Origin: a virus | Taxonomy: Duplodnaviria > Caudoviricetes | Strand: one strand, 5' to 3' | IMG/VR virus record: IMGVR_UViG_3300010355_000898 | Location: 192,001-256,000 of that record | Length of the DNA stretch: 64,000 nucleotides | Shown here: in pieces, positions 40,110 through 48,198 of the stretch | Numbering within the stretch: the first letter of the stretch is position 1 | Layout of the letters: every line of letters begins with the position of its first letter | Notes under the pieces: model-generated | Databases searched by the model: none | What the model was told of the DNA's origin: nothing | Seen by the model: the letters and a program-made list of their open reading frames with translations, nothing else | Program-made: the position numbers and the translations under genes

Positions 40110-41075
40110 ATGCTTCAGACTACGACGGCAAAAATCAGGTTTATAGAAAGCATTTTTGGCAAAGGAAATTTGGCTGGCGATGGCATCAATTTTGATGTTA
40201 GATGTCCATTTTGTGCGCCAAATGATCACAAAAAAAAGAAACTGGCAATCAGACTTGTTGATGATGCAAATCATTGTTGGACTTGCGGGTGGAAATCGAG
40301 AACATTAGCACCACTTTTGAAAAAATTGGGTTTAAACCTGCAACTGAATGATTATTTGAAAGATTTTCTGAATTCAGATATCTTCATCAGTGAAGAGGTG
40401 AAGAATGAAATAAGATTGCCAAAAGATTTCAGATTGATTGTTTTTGGAAATGATCATGATCCAGATTGCATTGCAATTAAACGATATCTCAATAAACGTG
40501 GACTCACAGATGATGATCTGTGGTATCATAAAATAGGCTATTCAAATGAGCCAAGGTGGTACAGAAGAGTGATAATACCCTCATATGATGATAGAGGAAA
40601 TCTGAACTATTTTGTATCAAGAGCAATTGATGCAAACAAAAAACCAAAATATGATAATCCAAACATTGACAAAAATTTGATCATTTTTGGTGAGCAGAAT
40701 ATAAATTGGTTGAAACCTATCATATTGTGTGAAGGTGTATTTGACGGTATGAAATGTGGAACAAATTCAATCCCATTGTTGGGAAGTGATTTGAATGAAG
40801 ATGCATATCTTTTCAGCAAAATATTGGCATATTCACCCAAAATTATAATTGCACTTGATGGTGATATGTGGTCAAAGAAAACACCTAAATTGGTAAAAAG
40901 TTTGGAAAAATTTTGTATTGATGTCGTTGTCGCAGACACAAGAAGTATCATTGATCCAGGATCAGAAACCAAAAGTGTTATGGCAGAGATCATCAATAAT
41001 GCACAATGTATGACATGGGACAATATTTTTCATGAAAAATTGAATAACGCCTCAAGAACAAAATTGTCAATTTGA
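40110..41075 (+). CDS. DNA primase (Zn ribbon + TOPRIM)
   Basis: CPFC...HCWTC, YL.KRG, RVIIP, KY.NP, CEG.FD, IALDGD, DPG. Confidence 0.88.
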   Translation: MLQTTTAKIRFIESIFGKGNLAGDGINFDVRCPFCAPNDHKKKKLAIRLVDDANHCWTCGWKSRTLAPLLKKLGLNLQLNDYLKDFLNSDIFISEEVKNEIRLPKDFRLIVFGNDHDPDCIAIKRYLNKRGLTDDDLWYHKIGYSNEPRWYRRVIIPSYDDRGNLNYFVSRAIDANKKPKYDNPNIDKNLIIFGEQNINWLKPIILCEGVFDGMKCGTNSIPLLGSDLNEDAYLFSKILAYSPKIIIALDGDMWSKKTPKLVKSLEKFCIDVVVADTRSIIDPGSETKSVMAEIINNAQCMTWDNIFHEKLNNASRTKLSI

Positions 41076-41112
41076 ATTGAACAAACAGCAATAAAATGTT
41101 GACTATCTTATA

Positions 41113-41760
41113 GTGATAAAGATTGCACACATAAGTGACATTCATATCAGAGGTAGAAGTAGACTTGATGAATATCAAGAAATTTTGAGCAAATTCAATT
41201 CTGATGTTGAGCGTTTAAATGTTGATCATATATTCATAGGTGGTGATATTTTTCACACAAAAACACAAGGAATAACGCCCGAGTACATTGATTTTCTTGT
41301 GTGGTGGTTGAAATCAATGTCATCAATTGCACCAGTCCATATGATATTGGGTAACCATGATGGAAATCTTGTTAACTTATCAAGATTGGATGCAATAACG
41401 CCAATTGTTGAAGCAATTGGGGATGAAAATATACACTTATATAAGAATTCAGGAGTGTATGAATTCCATCCTGGATATACATTCTGTGTCTTTTCAATCT
41501 TTGATACAGAAAATTGGCATAAAGTGCTTCCAATTAGTGGAAAAACAAATATTGCATGTTATCACGGTCCAGTTCATGGTTCAACAACAGAAGTTGGATG
41601 GAACATTGAGGGTGAATTGAATGTTGATACATTTAAAGAATTTGATTTCTGTTTTTTGGGCGACATTCATAAAAAACAGTTTCTTGGTTTTAGAGATGTT
41701 GAAATTGAAATTGATGAAAATGATTTGTCAAAATACCCGGGTGCTGAGGTAATAGAATGA
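41113..41760 (+). CDS. Mre11/SbcD (gp47-like) nuclease, N-terminal part (motifs I-V)
   Basis: HISDIH, GGDIFH, GNHD, YHG, LGDIH, followed by an acidic tail and stop. Confidence 0.9.
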   Translation: MIKIAHISDIHIRGRSRLDEYQEILSKFNSDVERLNVDHIFIGGDIFHTKTQGITPEYIDFLVWWLKSMSSIAPVHMILGNHDGNLVNLSRLDAITPIVEAIGDENIHLYKNSGVYEFHPGYTFCVFSIFDTENWHKVLPISGKTNIACYHGPVHGSTTEVGWNIEGELNVDTFKEFDFCFLGDIHKKQFLGFRDVEIEIDENDLSKYPGAEVIE

Positions 41761-44342
41761 GCAATAAAAAGATCAGAATAAGGGTAAAAAAGCCCTGGAT
41801 AGGATATCCAGGTACTCCAATTCAACAAAATTATGCCGAAGATTTGGAACATGGATATTTTGTATGGGACATTGATAATGCAAAAAAATTTGATGTCAAA
41901 TATCATCAATTGCCAAACACAAAACCATTTGTTACGTTGAAATGGACTGATGATGTTGAAAAAACATTTGAACTTGCAAAAAAATATCCTCAAGGATCAA
42001 GATTTCGAATTGTTAGTGATGTGCACATCATTCAGCGAGATATACATGAATTGACAATGAAATTACGACAAGATTTGTGTGCTCTTGAGGTGACATACAA
42101 ATCTGATGCAGATTTGAGTTCAAAAAATGTCAAATTCACAAATTCAAATATTCAACAGGATGATTTGCGCAATATTGATGTTCAATTGAAATTGCTGAAA
42201 GAATATCATAAGAATTCATCAATAGATACAGAAGAATTTGATAAAATTTCAAATAAGATTAGAGACTATTTGAAAATTGTTGCAACTGGCGATGACACAA
42301 TAAGAAACACTCAGTGGTCACTTAAAAGTTTGAAATTTGACAATATGTTTTCATATTGTGAAGACAATTACATAAATTTTGAGAATTTGAATGGTGTAGT
42401 TGGAATTTTTGGTCAAAATAGAACTGGAAAATCATCAATTGTTGGTACGTTAATGTATGCTCTGTACAATGCAACAGATCGTGGTCCAATCAAAAATTTG
42501 CATGTAATCAACGTTAGAAAGGATAAATGTTCAGTTAGGGCAGTTATTCAAATCAATGGTGTTGATTATGTCGTTGAAAGAATTACTGAAAAGAATGAAA
42601 CAAAAAAGGGAGCAATATTTGCACCCACAACATTGAATCTCTATTCAATTGATGATAGTGGTGATGCTCACATTATGAATGGTGAGCAGAGAAATGATAC
42701 TGAAAAAATGATCAGAAAACTGATTGGAACACAGGATGATTTTCAAATCACATCATTGGCAGCACAGGATGATCTGAAACAGTTCATCAATCATGGATCA
42801 ACAAGACGTAGACAAATCTTGTCAAGATTTCTTGATCTTGATATTTTTGACAAAATGCATGAACTTGCAAAGAATGATTTGAATTTCATCAAGGCGCAAT
42901 ATAAGAATGTATCAAAAAAGGACTGGAAACAGACTGAAGATATATTGCTAACCAATATATCAAATTGTGAACAGGAACTTCAAACAATTGATGATAAGAT
43001 CAGTTTTTGCAGAAGTGAATTGTCAAAATATGAAATTGAACTATCAGCACACCACAATTCAAATCCTGTAACACAGTATGACATTGATCAGTGTAATGAA
43101 CAATTGAATTCAACAAACAGAAATTTGACAAATGAACTCAAATGTGAAAGTGATTATCAACACAAAATTGATGATTTGAAAGGTAAAATTCAAAAAATTG
43201 ATATTGCGTTAAAGAGTGTTGATGTCAATGATCTGAAGAATAGAAAAGAACAGATCAGAAAGCTCGAATTGTTAATCAATGATGTGAAACATGATTGTGA
43301 TGTTTCAGCAACAGAAATCAAAAGACATAAAAAATCACTTCAATTATTGAATGACATCCCATGTGGAGAAAAATATCCAACATGCAAATTCATTAAAGAT
43401 GCAATTGAATTGAAACCAGAATTGCTGAAAGAAGAACAGAAATCAACACAACTTACTGAAAAATTGCAAAATTATGTTGACAATATGAAAAAGTTGACAT
43501 ATGAAAATGTTGATGAAAAACTTGACAAATTTCAAAAACTTCAACAGATGAAATCAAAATTTGAGATTGAGGTTGAAAAATTCAATCATTCATTACACGT
43601 TTCAAAAGAAAAAATTGTCAGATTGAATGAAAAGATTGAATTGTTAACTGAACAATTGCAAAAATACATTGAAGCAATCAAGAATGATGATAATGTTACA
43701 ATTGTCAACATAAAGACAGAAATTGATAGAACAAAAAAACTCATAAAGAAGTATGATAATGATAAGATAATTTCAGCAACTGAAATTGGAAGATCAAAAT
43801 CTCAACTTGAAAAAGTTTTGAATGAAAAGGCTGAATATGATGAAGCTTTGAGTAAACTGAAAATTTATGAGTTGATAACATCTGCATTTTCAAAAAAGGG
43901 AATTCCACAGCTGATTATGCAATCACAATTGCCAATGTTGAATGAAGAGGTTACAAAATTATTGCATGGAATTGTTGATTTTACAATAGAACTTGGCGCA
44001 GATGATGAAACTGACAGTATGGAAATATACATCAATTATGGTGATAGTAAACGTCCAATTGAGTTGTGCTCAGGAATGGAAAAAACAATTGCATCAATTG
44101 CTTTGAGAGTTGCAATGATCAACATATCATCATTACCCAAATCTGACGTATTCATAATTGATGAGGGTTTTGGTGTTTTTGATGAGAGTGGTATTGATGC
44201 AGTCAATAGACTGTTGGGCGTTCTGAAAACATATTTCAAAACTGTTCTTATCATTACGCATATTGATGGCATAAAGGATGCAACAGATCAAATTGTTGAA
44301 ATATCAAAACGCGAAATTGATTCGTATGTATATTTCGAGTGA
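41757..44342 (+). CDS. Mre11 C-terminal part fused to Rad50/SbcC (gp46-like) ATPase
   Basis: YPGTPIQQNYAE...GY..WD (Mre11 C-terminal strands), FDNMFSY, GQNRTGKSS, coiled coil, CSGME, IIDEGFG, IITH. Confidence 0.9.
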   Translation: MSNKKIRIRVKKPWIGYPGTPIQQNYAEDLEHGYFVWDIDNAKKFDVKYHQLPNTKPFVTLKWTDDVEKTFELAKKYPQGSRFRIVSDVHIIQRDIHELTMKLRQDLCALEVTYKSDADLSSKNVKFTNSNIQQDDLRNIDVQLKLLKEYHKNSSIDTEEFDKISNKIRDYLKIVATGDDTIRNTQWSLKSLKFDNMFSYCEDNYINFENLNGVVGIFGQNRTGKSSIVGTLMYALYNATDRGPIKNLHVINVRKDKCSVRAVIQINGVDYVVERITEKNETKKGAIFAPTTLNLYSIDDSGDAHIMNGEQRNDTEKMIRKLIGTQDDFQITSLAAQDDLKQFINHGSTRRRQILSRFLDLDIFDKMHELAKNDLNFIKAQYKNVSKKDWKQTEDILLTNISNCEQELQTIDDKISFCRSELSKYEIELSAHHNSNPVTQYDIDQCNEQLNSTNRNLTNELKCESDYQHKIDDLKGKIQKIDIALKSVDVNDLKNRKEQIRKLELLINDVKHDCDVSATEIKRHKKSLQLLNDIPCGEKYPTCKFIKDAIELKPELLKEEQKSTQLTEKLQNYVDNMKKLTYENVDEKLDKFQKLQQMKSKFEIEVEKFNHSLHVSKEKIVRLNEKIELLTEQLQKYIEAIKNDDNVTIVNIKTEIDRTKKLIKKYDNDKIISATEIGRSKSQLEKVLNEKAEYDEALSKLKIYELITSAFSKKGIPQLIMQSQLPMLNEEVTKLLHGIVDFTIELGADDETDSMEIYINYGDSKRPIELCSGMEKTIASIALRVAMINISSLPKSDVFIIDEGFGVFDESGIDAVNRLLGVLKTYFKTVLIITHIDGIKDATDQIVEISKREIDSYVYFE

Positions 44343-44346
44343 GAAT

Positions 44347-44613
44347 ATGAAAACATATCATATAATTTCAGACTTCAATGATGAAGAGAAAACAATTCCG
44401 CTATTTTGTCCACATTGTGGACAATTGATGAAAACATATGATGATCAGAATGCTTTCAATCAGTATGAATGTTGTGATTGGTGTGCAATGAAATGGGCAC
44501 ATCCAAATTCTGGACAGTGGAAGAATGGCTGGCGACCTGAGAAGAATATTCTTGAATTTGAGTTAAAAAATAGACCTCCAATGATGTTGAATCTTCAACT
44601 CAGAGTTGAGTGA
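44347..44613 (+). CDS. Small Cys-rich hypothetical protein
   Basis: CPHC...CCDWC...W..GWRP. Confidence 0.7.
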   Translation: MKTYHIISDFNDEEKTIPLFCPHCGQLMKTYDDQNAFNQYECCDWCAMKWAHPNSGQWKNGWRPEKNILEFELKNRPPMMLNLQLRVE

Positions 44614-44628
44614 TATTTAAGAGTTGTC

Positions 44629-45012
44629 ATGGCAGAACAAATAAATTACAATGCTTTGGGTCAAGCAATTGATACGACCTGGGGTAGAAGTTCAACTCCA
44701 CTCACATCTGGTTATTCAGTCAAATTTTCACTCTTTGGTGAAACTGGCATGATTGCTTCATACACAGCAATTGTCAATTTTGGCACAGAAAAACAGATGA
44801 TTGATATGAAATTGCGTTATCAGGATGAGGCAAACAGAGTTGTCAGTGAATATGTTAAAGCCATAAAAGAGAGATATAAGTCGTTGACTGGAAAAGCAAT
44901 AAAAATTGTTGAAAACAATTCCAGTGATTCAATTGAAGTGATTGGCTTTGGAGTACACAATCCTCGTAGAACAGCGTACTATAGAAAAAAGTTAGTCTTT
45001 GAATTGGGCTGA
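44629..45012 (+). CDS. Hypothetical protein upstream of terminase
   Basis: 127 aa; ATATTTA motif at 44613-44619. Confidence 0.7.
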   Translation: MAEQINYNALGQAIDTTWGRSSTPLTSGYSVKFSLFGETGMIASYTAIVNFGTEKQMIDMKLRYQDEANRVVSEYVKAIKERYKSLTGKAIKIVENNSSDSIEVIGFGVHNPRRTAYYRKKLVFELG

Positions 45013-45013
45013 A

Positions 45014-47812
45014 ATGGCATTAACAGGAAATCCAACAAAAAGTGATCAGGTAAAAGAGATAATCAGGTGCGGTAAAGACCCAGTCTATTTCATAAACAGT
45101 TATGTAAAAATTCAGCACCCATTGAAAGGAACCATACCTTTCAACACATATCCATTTCAGGATGAATGTTTGAAATCATATGAAGAAAATCGTTTCAACA
45201 TAATCTTGAAATCAAGACAGCTTGGTTTATCAACTGTCAGTGCTGCATATGCAGTGTGGCTGGCAATTTTTCATAAAGACAAGAATGTTCTCATCATTGC
45301 AACAAAACTTCCAACTGCACAAAACTTTGTGAAAAAATGTTTGGTTGCTGTTCAAAACTTACCAAAGTGGTTACTTTTGCCAAAATATCAACCATCAAAA
45401 CAACAGATAGAATTCAGTAATGGGTCAGTGATTAAGGCTATTCCAACATCTGAGGATGCTGGTAGATCAGAAGCTTTGTCATTGTTGATTGTGGATGAAT
45501 GCGCATTCATACGAGACTTTGATACGATTTGGACAGGTATTTTTCCAACAATAAGCTGTTTAACAGGTGATACAAAAGTATTGACTGATTTGGGATGGTC
45601 AAATATTGATGAATTGTGCAAAGGAGATATTGGAACATTTTGTGATGCAAAAGATTTGAATGTTTATGCAAAGAATGGATTTGAATCGGTTTCACATACA
45701 TACATTTCGCCAAAATCATCATTGAAAATTATCACAACGTCAAGTGGTAAAAAATTGAAAACTACATTTGAACATCCATTGTGGACCTTGAGAGATGGAA
45801 CAATTGGAATGATCAAAGCAAATCAATTGAAAATTGGTGATCATTTGAAATTGAAATTTGGTACACAACAATTTGGCAAAATTGTTGATGAAAATGCATA
45901 CATTAGTGGTGTGATCTTATCTAAGTCATTCATTAATGATAATGAAACATGTGTACAGAATGATGATGTACAAATAGGAGAACGTTTACTTGCAGTAGGG
46001 TTTCAATACAATGATGGTATATTCAGATCAGAACGTCAAGAACACAGATTGAATTCAATTCCAAATTCAGTTTGGAAAGGTAATAGGCATACGCAATCTC
46101 AGTTTTTGAGAGGGTTTTTTGATGCAAATTCACACATAGGCAACACAATAATGACATATTCTCATAACAGAGAATTGATGAATGAAATTCAACTGTTGTT
46201 GCAAAATTTTGGAATTGTGTCAAAAGTTTATGAATATTCTGATTTGAAATCAAGGTTATCAACCCCCCCAGTTGAAAACCAAACCAATTGGGTTCTTGAA
46301 TTGAACAAATATGGCTCTGAATTGTTCAAGAATGACATTGGAATAACTGTTGAAAAGAAAATGGGGAAACTATTAAAGTTGTCAGAAAAATATTCTGGCG
46401 ATGAAAGAATGCAATTTATATTGTCAAAAAAGTTGCAAAGTGTTGTTGAAACAATGTTGAGAAATGTGATTGACTATCAGAGAACAAGGATATCAAATCA
46501 CAAAAAATATTCATACATTTCTGATCTGATAGGAAAATTGAGATATCAGGTTCTTGCAAACAGAATTCTTGAGGATGATTTTGATCTGTCTGAGGATGAA
46601 CAAACATTCTTTCATGAAATTGGAGAAGAGAGTGTTCTGTGGGATGAAATTGTTTCAATTGAATGTGGTGATGATCAGATAACATATGATTTCACAGTTC
46701 CTGGAACACATACGTTTTATCAGAATGGTATATTGGGAAGCAATACAGGTGGTCGAGCAATTCTGCTGTCGACGCCAAATGGCGTTGGTGGTCAATATTA
46801 CAAATTGTGGGTCGATGCAGAAGCAGGTGTCAACAATTTTAATGCAATAAGATTGCCATGGACAGTTCATCCAGAACATGATCAGGATTGGTTTGTTAAT
46901 GAGACCAGAGGATTCACGAAAAAGAAAATTTCACAAGAATATGTGTGCGACTTCGTAGCAAGTGGTGACACGTTCTTAACGTCAGAAACACTCGAATTGG
47001 TTAGACAAGACATAGAAGTACCTTACAAAAAGTCAGAAATTGACAGAAATGTTTGGATATGGAAAGACCCAGTACCAGGAAAGAAATATATCATTTCAGC
47101 AGATGTATCAAGAGGTGATGCAAGAGATTTCAGCGCATTTCATGTTATTGACGAAGAAAAACTTGAAGTTGTTGCTGAATATATGGGAAAGATACCACCT
47201 GAAAAATTGGGTGATTTACTGAATGAAATTGGAAAATTGTATTGCAAAGCATTGATTGCAGTTGAACAGAATACGTTTGGATATTTCACTGCAACAAAAT
47301 TGAAAACAATTGGTTATCCACATCTCTATTATCACAATGCAAGGGGAGATTACAGATCATATGTGCCATCAGAGGATGAGACACCCGGTTTTCCAACAAA
47401 TCAGAAAACTAGAACACAAATAACAACAAAACTCGAAGAATTGTTGAGAAACAGACAACTTCATGTTAAGTCTCAACGATTATATGATCAATTGCAATCT
47501 TTCATCTGGAATGGAAATAAACCCATGGCTTCAAAGGATGCATATGACGATCTTGTTCTGTCACTTGCAATTGGGACGTGGATGCTCGATGCTGGTGAAG
47601 GAAAGAATGCAAATGTTGACATAATGTATGCACTTCTTGGATCAACTGGTAAAATTGGATTGAAACAGAATGACATTCCAGGTTTCAGGAAAATTCATGA
47701 TATGTCAATTCATTCAACTTACAAAAATATTGGTGTTGCAAAACCACGACAAATGGATGATGTCACAAAAGAAAGACCTGATCTGCTGATTGATACAAGT
47801 TGGTTATTATGA
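45014..47812 (+). CDS. terL: Terminase large subunit (T4 gp17-like), intein-containing
   Basis: DPVYF..YVKI.HP, YPFQ, LKSRQLG.ST, LIVDECAF, LSTPNG, QEY.C.F, ADVSRG...DFSA, VE.N..G, DDLV.SLA. Confidence 0.95.
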   Translation: MALTGNPTKSDQVKEIIRCGKDPVYFINSYVKIQHPLKGTIPFNTYPFQDECLKSYEENRFNIILKSRQLGLSTVSAAYAVWLAIFHKDKNVLIIATKLPTAQNFVKKCLVAVQNLPKWLLLPKYQPSKQQIEFSNGSVIKAIPTSEDAGRSEALSLLIVDECAFIRDFDTIWTGIFPTISCLTGDTKVLTDLGWSNIDELCKGDIGTFCDAKDLNVYAKNGFESVSHTYISPKSSLKIITTSSGKKLKTTFEHPLWTLRDGTIGMIKANQLKIGDHLKLKFGTQQFGKIVDENAYISGVILSKSFINDNETCVQNDDVQIGERLLAVGFQYNDGIFRSERQEHRLNSIPNSVWKGNRHTQSQFLRGFFDANSHIGNTIMTYSHNRELMNEIQLLLQNFGIVSKVYEYSDLKSRLSTPPVENQTNWVLELNKYGSELFKNDIGITVEKKMGKLLKLSEKYSGDERMQFILSKKLQSVVETMLRNVIDYQRTRISNHKKYSYISDLIGKLRYQVLANRILEDDFDLSEDEQTFFHEIGEESVLWDEIVSIECGDDQITYDFTVPGTHTFYQNGILGSNTGGRAILLSTPNGVGGQYYKLWVDAEAGVNNFNAIRLPWTVHPEHDQDWFVNETRGFTKKKISQEYVCDFVASGDTFLTSETLELVRQDIEVPYKKSEIDRNVWIWKDPVPGKKYIISADVSRGDARDFSAFHVIDEEKLEVVAEYMGKIPPEKLGDLLNEIGKLYCKALIAVEQNTFGYFTATKLKTIGYPHLYYHNARGDYRSYVPSEDETPGFPTNQKTRTQITTKLEELLRNRQLHVKSQRLYDQLQSFIWNGNKPMASKDAYDDLVLSLAIGTWMLDAGEGKNANVDIMYALLGSTGKIGLKQNDIPGFRKIHDMSIHSTYKNIGVAKPRQMDDVTKERPDLLIDTSWLL
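45557..46744 (+). mobile_element. Intein (396 aa) with LAGLIDADG-type endonuclease region
   Basis: PTIS|CLTGDT ... TTFEHPLW (block B) ... FLRGFFDANS, IQLLLQNFGI ... TYDFTVPGTH ... GILGSN|TGG. Removing it restores PTISTGG.AI.LSTPNG. Confidence 0.93.
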
Positions 47813-47835
47813 CAGATACTTAACTGACAGGTATT

Positions 47836-48150
47836 ATGTCATCAAAAATTCATATAGCAGAATTGAAACAGATAATTCGTGATGAATTGAAAACTTTGAA
47901 AGAAAATGTTGAAATTGATCATGAAGTTGCAAAGGATGTTGTTACCAAAGCAAGCAAACTTTTGTCAGCAATAAAAACATTCAATGATGGTCTGGGTGAA
48001 TTGCCTCAAGTTATTGGTGCAGTGTCAATTGATCTCAAAAGAGTTGAGGATGCTCTCAAAGCAATGGTAGAAAATCCAGCATTGTATGCTGTGAAGAAAA
48101 AAACGCCAAAGGTTCAAAAAGTTTCTTTAACTTCAAAGAACAAAATTTGA
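47836..48150 (+). CDS. Small protein with LKQIIRDEL..LKE leader
   Basis: ATACTTA at 47816-47822; N-terminal helix family. Confidence 0.7.
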   Translation: MSSKIHIAELKQIIRDELKTLKENVEIDHEVAKDVVTKASKLLSAIKTFNDGLGELPQVIGAVSIDLKRVEDALKAMVENPALYAVKKKTPKVQKVSLTSKNKI

Positions 48151-48198
48151 TAAGATCAAACATATTTGTTGAGCCTAGGCTTATGAATAGGTGGGCAC

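Noticed and set aside
41690-41795. Split intein, intron or ribosomal bypass at the Mre11 junction
   Set aside because: No Cys/Ser start, His-Asn end or HINT blocks, too short for a self-splicing intron, and a ribosome-binding site with ATGA overlap explains it as two genes.
46930-47040. Possible second recoded patch in the terminase near QEYVCDF
   Set aside because: The codon shift is slight and cannot be separated from noise without computation.
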